From an uncultured Actinomycetes bacterium (GTDB lineage Bacteria > Actinomycetota > Thermoleophilia > Gaiellales > Gaiellaceae): a stretch of DNA of 64,000 nt. The stretch lies in the NCBI GenBank assembly GCA_963791205.1, contig CAWBRK010000016.1, positions 1,962-65,961 on the forward strand, written 5' to 3'. The notes beneath the pieces were generated by a model that was not told the origin of the DNA, did not search any database, and worked only from the letters and a program-made list of their open reading frames with translations. This document shows positions 18,940 to 29,323 of the stretch, piece by piece (position 1 is the first letter of the stretch; each line of letters opens with the position of its first letter). A program made the translations under genes and the position numbers.

Positions 18940-19876
18940 GTGCGGACCCGCTCGCTCGGCACCGGCGGCCCCGACGTCTCCGTCGTCGGGCTCGGCTGCA
19001 ACAACTTCGGCTCGCGCGTCGACGAGCCGGGCACGCGCGCGGTGGTGGACGCGGCGCTCGAGGTGGGCATCACGCTCTTCGACACCGCGGACGTCTACGG
19101 CAACCGGGGCGGCAGCGAGGACCTGCTCGGCAAGGCGCTCGAGGGGCGTCGCGACCGTGTCGTGCTCGCGACGAAGTTCGGACACGCGATGACCGACGAC
19201 GCGCCGCCGAACCGCGGCTCGCGCGAGTACGTGCGCACGGCGATCGACGCGTCGCTGAAGCGCCTCCGCACCGACGTGATCGACCTCTACCAGTACCACC
19301 GGCCCGACGGGGTGACGCCGATCGAGGAGACGCTCGGCGCGATGAGCGAGCTCGTCGACGAGGGCAAGGTGCGCTTCATCGGATCGTCGAACTTCGAGGC
19401 CGAGCAGATCGAGCAGGCGGACGCGTTCGCGCGCTCGAGCTCGTTGCACCCGCTCGTCAGCGCCCAGAACGAGTACTCGCTGCTCGAGCGCGGCGCAGAG
19501 CAGGAGCTGCTGCCCGTCTGCGAGCGGCTCGGGATCGGCGTGCTCCCGTACTTCCCGCTCGCGAGCGGCCTGCTCACCGGCAAGTACCGCCGAGGAGAGC
19601 CCGCCCCGGCCGGTACGCGTCTCGCGATGCGGCCCGAGCGTCTCACCGACGAGGTCTTCGACGAGCTCGAGGCGCTCGAGGCGTTCGCGGAGGAGCGCGG
19701 TCACACCGCTGCTCGACCTTGGGTTCGCGGGACTGCTGGCCCAGCCCGCGGTCTCGTCAGTGATCGCCGGGGCGACGAAGCCCGAGCAGGTGCGCGCGAA
19801 CGCCGCTGCGGGCGAGTGGGAGCTCGGCGAGCAGGACGCGCAGGCGCTTGTTAGCGCGGGATCGCGTATCGCTTGA
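18940..19876 (+). pseudogene. Aldo/keto reductase, one frame change near 19705
   Basis: LGTGGPDVSVVGLGCNNFG..DTADVYG..LATKFG..IDLYQYHRPD..GSSNF..VSAQNEYSLL, then LLAQPAVSSVIAGATKPEQV in a second frame. Confidence 0.8.
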
Positions 19877-20609
19877 TGAACGCGAGGACGCGGTTCCACG
19901 CGTCCTTCGACGCGTCGGCGAACTCAGCTTGCTTGCGGTCGAAGAAGCTGTGGGGCGCGCCCGGGTACGTCACGAGTTCGTGCTCGACGCCGGCCGCCTC
20001 CAGCGCCTGCTCGAACGCCGAGACGTCCTCCGCCGGGATCATCGGGTCGTCTCCGCCCATCAGCCCGAGGATCGGCGCCTGCATCTCGCTCGCCAGGTCG
20101 ATCGCTCCGCGCGAACCGTCCTGGCCCGTGCCGGGACGCCCGTAGAACCCGATCGCGCCGTGGAGGTCGTGACCGCTGGCGGCAGCGATCCACGAGTGCC
20201 GCCCGCCGGCGCAGAAGCCGACCGTGAAGATGACGCTGCAGGTCTCGCGCAGCTTCGCGACGACCGCGGCGATGTCCGTCTGGACGGTTTCGGTCTTCGT
20301 CTGGCGCGCGTGCTCCATGTAGTCGAAGTCGTCGTCGCGCTTGTCGACGCCCGCGGTCCGGCCGAAGTAGTCGAACGCGATCGCGGTGTAGCCGCGCTCG
20401 GCGAAGCGGAGCGCGAGCTCCTCGTAGAAGCGGTACAGCCCGCGGACGTCCGGGAGCACGACGATCCCGATTCCCGTCGCCTGGTCCGGGTAGGCGCCGA
20501 ACGCCGCAAAGCGGTTGCCGTCGCGACCCTCGAGGACAAGGTCCTCGTGAGAGACCGCTGCGCCGCGGATCACCGGGATCGGCGGCGACGAGTCGAGCTC
20601 GAAGCACAC
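19851..20609 (-). CDS. Dienelactone hydrolase family protein
   Basis: GIVVLPDVRGLYRFYEELALRFAERGY..VGFCAGG..YPGAPHSFFD. Proposed GTG start at 20609. The upstream part of the 500-aa ORF belongs to the neighbouring gene. Confidence 0.75.
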   Translation of the reverse strand: MCFELDSSPPIPVIRGAAVSHEDLVLEGRDGNRFAAFGAYPDQATGIGIVVLPDVRGLYRFYEELALRFAERGYTAIAFDYFGRTAGVDKRDDDFDYMEHARQTKTETVQTDIAAVVAKLRETCSVIFTVGFCAGGRHSWIAAASGHDLHGAIGFYGRPGTGQDGSRGAIDLASEMQAPILGLMGGDDPMIPAEDVSAFEQALEAAGVEHELVTYPGAPHSFFDRKQAEFADASKDAWNRVLAFIKRYAIPR

Positions 20610-20626
20610 GCCGTGAAGATACTGGC

Positions 20627-21594
20627 TTAGGTCTCGATCGCGAGCCGCAGGCGAAGCGTGTACGTCAGCCGAACGCCCGTCGTGCTGACGAGCCGCGCGC
20701 TGCACTCGCCGGGGCCGAGGTTCGGGACGTTGATCGTGCGCGTCGAGCGGCCCTTCGTGAACAGCTGGCTGGCGACGCGAGTGCCGTTGCACGTGACGTC
20801 CATCCGGGCGCGGGTCCCAGCGCGGGTCGCCTTGTTCACGGTCGCCGTCAGCGTGACGCGTCGACCGGGACCGAGCAGGCCGAACGGAACGACCTGTGAG
20901 CGCTTGGCCGCGAGCGTGCCGCTCCGGTTGATCACGAGCGGGACCGGCCGCGGGGATCTCGGGCAGCTGAGCCGTCGGCTGGCCGCCGAGTTCCGCGAAC
21001 AGCGCGGTGCGAAGCGCCTCGTCGGGGGGCGCGAGCCACGGGATCGCGTGCAGGTACGGGATGTGGATCCAGGCGTAGTCCTCGGCGAAGATCTCGCCGA
21101 CGCTGCGGTTCCAACCGCGCGAATAGTCGAAGGCGACGGCGCCCTGCGCGGCGAGAGCGGCCATGCCGCGAAGCTGCCACCAGACCGGCGTCCCGTTCAG
21201 CTCGGCCACGCCGTCACGCTCCACGAGCGGTCGAGGTGGTGCCCGTACTCGTGCAGGAACGTCGCGGCGACCCTCAGGTCCTTGCCGGCGGGGACGACCA
21301 TCCTCCCGCCGCTCCTTCCCGGCGAGTAGCAGGCGGCCGCGGCGGCGCCGCACAGGGCAGGGAGTCCTCTTCGCGGACGATCCGGATCGTCACGCGCGAG
21401 ATCTCGTCGCCGTGAGCGGCGGCCCGGAGCACCGCGGCGTACCAGTCGACGTCGACGCTCGGCGCCTGGACGTCGAAGGTGATCGTGCGGCCTTCGGTGT
21501 CGGCCCTGGTGACGATCTCGGCGCCGGCGGCTGTCGCGAGGGCCAAGGCAGCCACGAGGGCGAGGAGGGTGGCACACCAGCGCCGAGACGTCAT
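20627..21594 (-). pseudogene. Secreted HExxH metalloprotease-like protein, about 3 frame changes
   Basis: Signal peptide MTSRRWCATLLALVAALALATAAGA; FLHEYGHHLD zinc motif; WWQLRGMAALAAQGAVAFDYSRGWNRS; C-terminal beta-rich TLTATVNKA..RLTYTLRLRLAIET. Four ORF-track pieces. Confidence 0.55.
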
Positions 21595-21729
21595 CGGGAA
21601 GCAGGATTAGCGGCTCCCTAAGAAGATGCTGGGAAACCGGTAAAGAATCGGGGGCCGACCGACCCCGTTGCCGGGCGCTCAGGAGAGGAGTAGCGTCGGT
21701 CGGACCAGTCTTCCAAGGAGGGGGCTCCC

Positions 21730-23776
21730 TTGCGTCTTTTCCGCCGCGCGGCGCTGCTCGCAGTGCTCGCGCTCGTTCTGCCCACGGCCGCGCTCGCCGC
21801 TTCGGCGGGCCAGCCCTTCCCGAGCAATCGCTACTCGACGCCGGACGCGACGCAGGCGACCGGCCTCCGCGTCGACCTCGAGAAGCCGAACTGCGCCGTC
21901 CGGCCGTCTGACTGCGCCGACATCGACGTTCTGAACACGCTCGACGGGTTCAACATCCAGCCGCGGATCTCGGTCCCGTTCTCGGGCCCGATCGACCTCG
22001 CGACCGCCACGAGCGACAACATCTTCCTCGTCGGTCCGTCTACTACGTCGTCGGGATCAATCAGGTGGTGTGGGAGCCCGCGGCCAACACGCTGCACTTC
22101 GAAAGCGACCAGCAGTCTGACCAGAGCTCGACCTATCTGCTCGTCGTGACGAACGGCGTCCGCGACGCGGACGGCGCTCCGCTCGACACCACGACCTTCC
22201 GTCACGATCTGAACTTCGGTCAGACGAAGGACCCGGCGCTGAAGGCGTACCGGAAAGCGCTACTCGACGGTCTGTCGATGGCGCGTGCCGTCGGCGTGCA
22301 GTCCGATGACATCGCCGCGGCGAGCCTCTTCACGACGCAGACGATCACTGCGATCTCGAAGAAGATCCGCGCCCAGATCCAGGCGTCGGCGCCGGGGCCA
22401 GTGTCGTTCACGCTCGGCGCTGGTGGCGTGCGAACGGTCTTCCCGCTCTCTTCGTTGACCTCGATCTCGTGGCGTCGGCAGGTCGGCACATCGACCTTCT
22501 CGCCGATCAACCTCTCGCTCGCTGCGCTCTCCGTCTTCCCTGGGAAGGTCGCGTCGGTCGCGTTCGGTTCGTACGCCTCGCCCGACTACGAGAACGCGAG
22601 CAAGGTGATCCCGCCCACGGGACGGCGACCGGCACGCCCGCGCCGCTCTCGACGAACACGATCGGCCTGACGCTCTTCACGCCTCCGGGGACCAAGCCGG
22701 CGGGCGGCTGGCCGGTGGCGATCTTCGGCCACGGCTTCACCGACAGCCGAAGCCGGCGCACCGTGGGCGATCGCGTCGTCCCTGGCGAACGCAGGCATCG
22801 CGACGGTCGCGATCAACGTCGTCGGCCACGGCTTCGGCCCGGACGGGACCTACGTCGTGACGACGCCGACGAGCACGGTGACGCTGCCGGCCGGCGGCCG
22901 CGCGATCGACCAGAACGGCAGCGGCACGTTCGACTCCACGGAGGGAGTCAACGCCGCCGCTCCGCAGACGCTGATCGGCAATCGCGACGGGCTGCGCCAG
23001 ACAGTCGTCGACATCATGCAGCTCGTCCGGCAGCTCCAGGCGGGCGTCGACGTCGACGGCGACGGCACGAGTGACCTCAGCACGTCGAGGCTGTACTACG
23101 GCGGCCAGTCGTTCGGTGGGATCTACGGCACGCCGTTGCTCGCAGTCGAGCCGGCGCTTCGCGCGGGTGTCGTGAACGTGCCCGGCGGCCGATCATCGAG
23201 ATCGCTCGGCTCTCGCCGAGCTTCCGGATCCTCGCGGGCTCTCGCTCTTCTCGCGGGTTCCGGTGCTCTACAACGTGGTGCCGAACGCGTCGTTCACGAA
23301 CTTCAACGAGAACATCCCGCTCCGCAACCTGCCGCTCCTCGTCGACACGGTGCCCGGTGCGTCGGCGATCCAGCAGGTGATCGACTGGACCGAGTGGGCG
23401 CAGCAGTCGGCGAACCCGGCCGCGTACGCGCCGCACCTGACGAACCCGATCATCCTCCAGTTCGCGCGCGGCGACCAGACCGTGCCGAACCCGACGACGA
23501 GCGCGATCATTCGCGCGGGTGGCCTGGCGCTTCGCTCGACCGTGTATCGCAACGATCTCGCGTTCGCGGCGAACCCGGCAGTGCCGAAGAACCCGCACGC
23601 CTTCATCACGAACATCGCGAGCGCATCGGCGGGCGCATACGCGTTGATGGGCCAGGCGCAGATGGCGACGTTCTTCGCGACGGACGGCGCGACGACGATC
23701 GACCCGGACGGCTCGGGCGGCCTTCTTCGAGACCCCGACGTCGACGGTCTGGGAGGACCTCGCCTACATCCCGTAG
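21730..23776 (+). pseudogene. Secreted alpha/beta hydrolase (bacterial lipase/esterase-like), at least 6 frame changes
   Basis: Signal peptide MRLFRRAALLAVLALVLPTAALA; GWPVAIFGHGFTDS; nucleophile elbow YYGGQSFGG; ILQFARGDQTVPN; C-terminus FFETPTSTVWEDLAYIP*. Confidence 0.65.
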
Positions 23777-23874
23777 CGCGCTATTTCGCCCGAACGGGTG
23801 ATGCACACGGAGCCGGCTTGGGCAACCCTGAGTCGGCTCCTGTGGCTTCTGCGGCCAGACCTGTGAGCAGCGCC

Positions 23875-24074
23875 ATGCTGCTGCAAACCCTCGACCTGTC
23901 CGGGTGGTTCGTCGACGTCCGCGAGTGGCCGGGAAGGCGTACTCGGCCTTCGCCGATCGCGGGAACGACCGCCTCGCGGCGTGGGGCTTGTCCGACTACT
24001 CCGCCGTCGTCACCCTGCTCTACGAGCAGGCGCTTGCCGCCGCGCAGCCCGAGGGCCGCGTGTCGCTTTCCTGA
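23875..24074 (+). pseudogene. Small hypothetical ORF (~65 aa) with one frame change
   Basis: MLLQTLDLSGWFVDVREWPG, then KAYSAFADRGNDRLAAWGLSDYSAVVTLLYEQALAAAQPEGRVSLS* with GC-rich third positions. No recognised family. Confidence 0.25.
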
Positions 24075-24082
24075 AAGCCAGA

Positions 24083-24111
24083 AGGCCCGGCGCCTCGCGG
24101 CTGCCGGGCCT
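24083..24111 (-). terminator. Stem-loop downstream of the sigma factor gene
   Basis: AGGCCCGGC..(11 nt)..GCCGGGCCT. On the minus strand it is followed by TTCTGGCTTTC, about 20 nt after the stop. Confidence 0.4.
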
Positions 24112-24127
24112 CCGGTAACGAGCGCTC

Positions 24128-25171
24128 CTACGCTGCGTCTGCGAGCTCGTCGGCGATGCCGGCCAGCTCGTTCTGCAGACGTGCGAAGGCCTGGGTCTCG
24201 AGCTGCCGCACACGCTCGCGCGTCAGCCCGACCTCCTTGCCGATCGCCTCGAGCGACTGCGGCTCGCCGTCGAGCCCGAAGCGGAGCGACACGATGCGCG
24301 CCTCGCGCTCGGGCAGCCTTCCGACCGCCTTGCGCACGAGGTGGCGACGGTACGAGTCCGCGGCCTCGTCGGACGGGTCGGCCGACGTCTGGTCGGCGAA
24401 CAGGTCGCCGAGCTCACCGTCGTTGTCGCCGCCGACCGTCTGGTTCAGCGAGACGTTGGCCTGCGCCGCGTCGAGTGCCTCCTCGACGTGCTGCAGCGGC
24501 AGCTGCGTCGCCTCGGCGAGCTCCTCGCGAGTCGGGTCGCGGCCGAGCTTGGCCTCGAGCTTCCCGCGCTCGCGGGAGATCTTCACGCGCCGCTCGTGCA
24601 CGTGCACGGGGACGCGGATCACGGTGGACTGGTTCGAGACCGCGCGCTGGCAGGCCTGGCGGATCCACCAGGTCGCGTAGGTCGAGAACTTGAACCCGCG
24701 CCGCCAGTCGAACTTCTCGACCGCGCGGTTCAGGCCGATCACGCCGTCCTGGATCAGGTCGAGCAGGCTCAGGCCGTGGCCCTGGTAGCGCTTCGCGATC
24801 GAGACCACGAGGCGGAGGTTCGAGTTGATCATCAGCTCCTTGGCAGCGGCGTCGCCGCGCTCGATCCGCTTCGCGAGCGCGACCTCTTCGGCCGCCGTGA
24901 GCAGCTGGTACTGGCCGGCCCGGTTCATGAACAGGGTCAGCGCGTCGGCCGTGCCGGTGGTCGGCCCAGCCTCATAGACGACTTCCTCGGCGGGAGCCGG
25001 GGTGAGAATCTCGACGTCGCGAGAATCGAGCTCAGCGCGCAGCGCTGCGACCTCGTCTTCATCGAGGTCGTGCTCGACCGCGAACGCCTCGATCGCGGCC
25101 TCGTCGATCTGTCCACGCTCCTCGGCTTCGTCCAGGAGCGCCTGAAACGGTGCTTCAAGCAGGGTGCTCAG
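24128..25171 (-). CDS. RNA polymerase sigma-70 family factor, group 1/2 (RpoD/SigA/SigB-like)
   Basis: Regions 2-4 are present: [53 protein letters not shown]. An acidic region ([19 protein letters not shown]..) continues in frame upstream of ATG 24928 with no canonical start, so a CTG start or a lost start near 25171 is likely. Confidence 0.85.
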   Translation of the reverse strand: MSTLLEAPFQALLDEAEERGQIDEAAIEAFAVEHDLDEDEVAALRAELDSRDVEILTPAPAEEVVYEAGPTTGTADALTLFMNRAGQYQLLTAAEEVALAKRIERGDAAAKELMINSNLRLVVSIAKRYQGHGLSLLDLIQDGVIGLNRAVEKFDWRRGFKFSTYATWWIRQACQRAVSNQSTVIRVPVHVHERRVKISRERGKLEAKLGRDPTREELAEATQLPLQHVEEALDAAQANVSLNQTVGGDNDGELGDLFADQTSADPSDEAADSYRRHLVRKAVGRLPEREARIVSLRFGLDGEPQSLEAIGKEVGLTRERVRQLETQAFARLQNELAGIADELADAA

Positions 25172-25376
25172 TTCGGTTCAACTCCTTACGTTCGTAGAGA
25201 GGAGGCGCGCGCCGTGGGCGCACTGCCCCGTACAAAAGGGAACGCCGGGGGCTCCTGCGGTATTCCCGGCCCCAGCTCCTTGACCTTCCCGGTCTCTAGA
25301 CGCAGACTCGCAGGCAGGCGTAAAGATTTCGTGGGATCGAGGCAGACTTGGCGTTAAGGGGGAGGGATCCGAGGAG

Positions 25377-25956
25377 ATGCGGCCGATCCCCAAGGGACTC
25401 GGAGCCGGCGTGGAGCGCGCGCTCGGAAGCGTGAGCGTGCCCGCCTACGTGATCGACCCCGAGGGGATCCTCATTTGGCTGAACCCCGCGGCGGAGCGGC
25501 TCGTGGGGGACGCCCGTGGCCGCCGCTTCACCGAGGTCGTGTCCGCCACCGACCGGCCCAGGGCGAAGGACGAGTTCACCAAGAAGATCATCGGCACCGT
25601 CCCCTCGACCGATGCGAGCGTGCACGTCCTCCGGCCGGACGGGAGCGAGGCCCGAATCGAGATCAGCTCGGCTCCGCTCCACAGCGGGCACCGATCGTCG
25701 GCGTCTTCGGGCTCGTCTCACGCCCTGCGGTGACGCCCGGCGCGGGCGGCCAAGCACCCGAAGCTGACGCCTCGCGAGGTGGGGGTCCTCCGCCTGATCG
25801 CCGAGGGGGAGTCGACCGATCAGATCGCCGAGGAGCTCCACATCGCCCGCGAGACCGTCCGGAACCACGTGCGGTCGATGCTGAGCGAAGCTGGAGGTGC
25901 ACTCGCGCATCGAGGCGATCGCGATCGCGCGGGCGGAGGGCATCCTCGACGATTGA
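25377..25956 (+). pseudogene. PAS-domain LuxR-family transcriptional regulator, about 2 frame changes
   Basis: PAS: VPAYVIDPEGILIWLNPAAERLVGDARGRRF. HTH: LTPREVGVLRLIAEGESTDQIAEELHIARETVRNHV..SRIEAIAIARAEGILDD*. Confidence 0.65.
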
Positions 25957-26251
25957 CCCAGACGGGTCATGGAAACCGCACGTCGCTCGGTGGAAACGAT
26001 GGTGCCGTCGGAGACTGGCCTCCCTAGCCTCCGACGCGGGGCTCCCAAACTGCGGTATTTGGGTCGGCCCACTACCCCAAGCCGGCCGAGCAACGTCGCC
26101 CCCCGCGACGTGCTCGGCGGTGGAACTGACCCAAACGCGCTACAGACGTGCGCGCTCGGAGCGCAGACGATCACGGCTCGTACGGCGTCTTCGAGTTTGT
26201 GTGACGGCACTCGGGGGCGCCGTACCGACGTCGACCGCGGATAATGGAGGC

Positions 26252-26929
26252 GTGACCGCGATCCGCAGCATTGGGAGGCGGGACGTGGTCCGCATCCTCG
26301 ACAGCAACGCCAGCCTGCTCGTCCTGCTGCTGGCGAACTTCTTCCTGCTCGAGCTCGTCGACGACCAGCGCTGGGGTGCGCTCGGGAGCACGCTGCTCGC
26401 CGCACTCGCGCTGATCGTCGCGATCAGCGACCCGGAGTCCGGTCACCGGCTCAGCCGGCGGCACTGGTTGCAGGTCGGCGCGTGTGTGGCCCTCGCGCCG
26501 CTCGTGCTGATCGTCAACTCGACCTCGGTCGTCGGGCTGACGTATCTGCTGCCCGTCGGCCTGCTCGTCACCGCGACGCTGCCCGTCACGTTGAGGCGGA
26601 TCCTCAAGCACCGTCGGGTCACGCGGGAGACCGTGCTCGGCGCGCTCTGCGCATACGTGCTCGTCGGCCTGCTGTTCGCGTTCGTCTATCTCGCCGTGAA
26701 CGAGTTTCGCAGCGAGCCGTTCTTCGCGCAGCCGGGGCCGCATCCGCAGTCCGAGTTTCTCTACTTCAGCTTCGTCGCGCTGACGACGCTCGGCTTCGGC
26801 GATCTCTCGCCCGCGGTCGGGCTCCCCCAGGCGCTGACCGTGCTCGAGGCGCTGTTCGGTCAGGTCTTCCTCGTGACGCTTGTCGCACGCCTGGTCACGC
26901 TCTGGGTGCGCCAGGACGAGCCGAGGTGA
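26252..26929 (+). CDS. Potassium-channel family protein (pore loop TTLGFGD)
   Basis: Four or more hydrophobic helices and the selectivity-filter-like FVALTTLGFGDLSP. An alternative GTG at 26285 has a better-spaced GGGAGG. Confidence 0.7.
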   Translation: MTAIRSIGRRDVVRILDSNASLLVLLLANFFLLELVDDQRWGALGSTLLAALALIVAISDPESGHRLSRRHWLQVGACVALAPLVLIVNSTSVVGLTYLLPVGLLVTATLPVTLRRILKHRRVTRETVLGALCAYVLVGLLFAFVYLAVNEFRSEPFFAQPGPHPQSEFLYFSFVALTTLGFGDLSPAVGLPQALTVLEALFGQVFLVTLVARLVTLWVRQDEPR

Positions 26930-26941
26930 GAGACTAGGCGC

Positions 26942-27510
26942 GTGGAGCCGGCGCGCGGGCGTCTGGAGGCCGACGTCGAACGCGCACTGATGGACGTGGG
27001 CGTCATGGCGTACGCGATCGACCGCGACGGCGTGATCTTCTGGCAGAACCACGCGCACCGGCGGGTGATCGGCGAGGCGGGCGGCTCGCATTTCAACGAG
27101 TTCGTTGCGCCCGGGGATCGCCGGCGTGCGCAGGAGGCCTTCGTGAGCAAGGTCGTCGGGGACGGTTCCGTCGACGCAGTACGACGTCGAGCTGCACTCG
27201 GTCAGAGGCCCGGTGCAGGTCGAGGTCAACTCGGTTCCGCTCGTTCGGGACGGCCAGGTCGTCGGCGTGCTCGTGCTCGTCGCGAGCCCACCGCTTCCGG
27301 CAGAGCCCAAGCCGGTCAAGCTCACCCCACGCCAGCGCGACGTGCTCCGGACTGCTCGCGAGAGGTGCGACGACGGATCAGATCGCGATGGAGCTGCACA
27401 TCGCTCGCGAGACGGTGCGCAACCACGTCCGCGCGGTCCTCGCTGCGCTCGGCGCGCACTCGCGGGTCGAGGCGATCGCAGCGGCTCGAGCCGCGGGCCT
27501 GCTCGACTAG
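26942..27510 (+). pseudogene. PAS-domain LuxR-family transcriptional regulator (paralog of 25377-25956), about 2 frame changes
   Basis: VMAYAIDRDGVIFWQNHAHRRVIGEAGGSHF.., then LTPRQRDVLRLLARGATTDQIAMELHIARETVRNHVRAVLAALGAHSRVEAIAAARAAGLLD*. Confidence 0.65.
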
Positions 27511-28367
27511 GGAACGAACTCGGTCCGGAGCTCGTGGCTCTCGTCGGGGAGTCGCGCCTCGTAGTAGATGCGGTAACCGCCGCCGGGAAGCTGCACGACG
27601 TCGAGGTAGCGGGCGTCGTACACCGCGTCGTCGGATGTCTGCTCGATGTGACCGTCCGGTTCGAGCTGCGCGAGCCCGATGCGCTCGAACCAGTTCTCCT
27701 CCTTGGAAGCGCGCCCGTCGTAGGCGACGCGCCCGTCGGGCAGAACCGCGGTCACGCGGGCGCCGCGCTGGTCCCAGGTTCCGGGTCGAGGCGTCATCAC
27801 GGTTCCGTGCCATTCCCACTCGAGCCCGTCCGCGCTCGTCGCGTAGGCCGTCGTCATGCGGTCCTCCTCGTCGAGCTCGTCGAGCGGGTGGCAGCAGATC
27901 CACGCGCGCCAGCCGCCGTCGACGCGTTGCACGAGCGGGTCCTTGACGCCGACGTGCTCGTCGCCGGGGAAGACGGTGCGTGCCTCGGCGTCGGCGAAGT
28001 CGGCAGGGTCGTCGGCCTCGAGCACGTCGATCCACCAGTGCTTGCTCGGCGCCGGCGTGGCGGCGCAGACGTAGATGCGCCAGCGGCCGTTGTCGGCGCG
28101 GACGAGCGACGGGCGTTCCATCGACGCAGCGCCGAAGCGCGCCTGGTCGATCTGTGCGACGGTCGTGAACCGTTCGCCGTCCTCGGAGCGCGCGACGACC
28201 GTCGAGCCTCGTCCCTTCTCGCCGGTGCGAACGCGGTAGGCGATGACGAACGTGCCGTCGTCGTCGAGCGCTGCGCTCGACGATCCCGCCCAATAGCCGA
28301 CGCCTTCGCCCGGCGCCGGCACGGCGACCACGGCGTTGCTCGACCCGGGTAGGGGGAACCCGTTCAC
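27507..28367 (-). CDS. Hypothetical beta-propeller protein (glycoside-hydrolase 32/43/130-like fold suspected)
   Basis: Intact 286-aa ORF with repeated W/D-rich blades (GRWRIYVCAA, GGWRAWICCHP, DGLEWEWHG). Fold assignment is tentative. Confidence 0.5.
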   Translation of the reverse strand: MNGFPLPGSSNAVVAVPAPGEGVGYWAGSSSAALDDDGTFVIAYRVRTGEKGRGSTVVARSEDGERFTTVAQIDQARFGAASMERPSLVRADNGRWRIYVCAATPAPSKHWWIDVLEADDPADFADAEARTVFPGDEHVGVKDPLVQRVDGGWRAWICCHPLDELDEEDRMTTAYATSADGLEWEWHGTVMTPRPGTWDQRGARVTAVLPDGRVAYDGRASKEENWFERIGLAQLEPDGHIEQTSDDAVYDARYLDVVQLPGGGYRIYYEARLPDESHELRTEFVP

Positions 28368-28480
28368 CGCCGGATTCTAGCAGGGAGTCGCTTAGTGACT
28401 GCGACCGCGGCCGCGAGCGGCCGCCTTTAGGGTCTTCGCGCGTCGTGGATCCGCGCTAGCGGATTCGCGACTTGCGCGCA

Positions 28481-28741
28481 CTAACGCGAGCCGCGCCTGC
28501 GGGCGCGACGCGGCGAGATGTCTTCGACGAATCGGGTGGACTCGGCAAAGCGTCCGCCGGGGCCTTCGACGATTCGGAACTCCACGACGAGCCCGGCGAC
28601 GGGACCTTCGGGCGGGTCGGCGACGAAGCCGGTGCCCTCGACGTACAGGCGCTCGCCTTCTTCGGTCTCGATGTAGCCGTGGCCCTTGTCCTCGTTGAAC
28701 CAGAGCATCTTCCCGCGAGGGTTCTTGCTGAGCATCCTCAC
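28481..28741 (-). CDS. Atypical cold-shock-domain protein with C-terminal extension
   Basis: GKMLWFNEDKGHGYIETEEGERLYVEG resembles the CSD RNP1 region, but the usual VFVHF motif is absent. GTG start overlaps the infA stop (GTGA). Confidence 0.65.
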   Translation of the reverse strand: MRMLSKNPRGKMLWFNEDKGHGYIETEEGERLYVEGTGFVADPPEGPVAGLVVEFRIVEGPGGRFAESTRFVEDISPRRARRRGSR

Positions 28742-28932
28742 GACAGCCTGTAGACGATTCGGCCGCGCTCCAGGTCGTACGGCGACAGCTCGATCTTCAC
28801 GCGATCGCCGAGGCCGATCCGGATCCGGTATCGCTTCATCTTCCCGGCCATGTAGCCGAGTGTCTCATGTCCGTTGTCGAGCTGGATCCGGTACATCCGG
28901 TTGCGGAGAGCCTCGATCACCTCGCCCTCCAT
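28738..28932 (-). CDS. infA: Translation initiation factor IF-1
   Basis: EGEVIEALRNRMYRIQLDNGHETLGYMAGKMKRYRIRIGLGDRVKIELSPYDLERGRIVYR. The conserved N-terminus continues 9 codons upstream to an ATC (28957-28959) with AAAGG 6 nt before it. Confidence 0.85.
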   Translation of the reverse strand: MEGEVIEALRNRMYRIQLDNGHETLGYMAGKMKRYRIRIGLGDRVKIELSPYDLERGRIVYRLS

Positions 28933-28988
28933 CTCGACCTTCGCTTCCTTCTCTGCGATGGCTGCCTTTCGGTATTCGGTATTCGGAT

Positions 28989-29016
28989 GGCTGTGGCCGC
29001 CGAAGCGGCCACAGCC
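28989..29016 (-). terminator. Perfect 12-bp stem, 4-nt loop hairpin between cspA and infA
   Basis: GGCTGTGGCCGC-CGAA-GCGGCCACAGCC, 18 nt after the cspA stop. On the mRNA strand it is followed by two tandem CCGAATA heptamers plus a partial third copy, not a U-tract. Confidence 0.45.
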
Positions 29017-29033
29017 TGAACTCCTCGCTCCTC

Positions 29034-29243
29034 TTACGAGGAGGCGAGGACGACGTTGGTCGCCTCCGGGCCCTTGTCGCCCTGGCGCGACTCGTACTCG
29101 ACCTTCGCGCCTTCGGCGAGGGTCTTGAACCCGTCGCCGCTGATGCTTGAGTGGTGGACGAAGAGATCCTTGCCACCATCCTCAGGGGCGATGAACCCGT
29201 ATCCCTTGCTGTCGTTGAACCACTTAACGGTTCCGCTTGCCAT
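29034..29243 (-). CDS. cspA: Cold-shock protein CspA family
   Basis: [34 protein letters not shown] (RNP1 and RNP2). AAGGAGGTG upstream of the ATG. A long AT-richer 5' leader. Confidence 0.9.
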   Translation of the reverse strand: MASGTVKWFNDSKGYGFIAPEDGGKDLFVHHSSISGDGFKTLAEGAKVEYESRQGDKGPEATNVVLASS

Positions 29244-29323
29244 ATAAAAACACCTCCTTACATCACTCCACGAACAAGTAAGAGAGGCGCACAAGCGCAC
29301 AACCGACTCGCTCTTGATCTTGG

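Noticed and set aside
25957-26251. A riboswitch, such as the c-di-AMP/ydaO class, in the long spacer upstream of the K+-channel gene
   Set aside because: Only generic hairpins (CCCAAA..TTTGGG, GTACGGCG..CGCCGTAC) are visible, and I could not recognise any conserved riboswitch core. An Infernal scan is needed before making any claim.
28399-28425. GCGGCCGC-GA-GCGGCCGC tandem palindromes downstream of the beta-propeller gene
   Set aside because: This is a low-complexity GC palindrome, expected at this base composition. There is no second copy or functional context.
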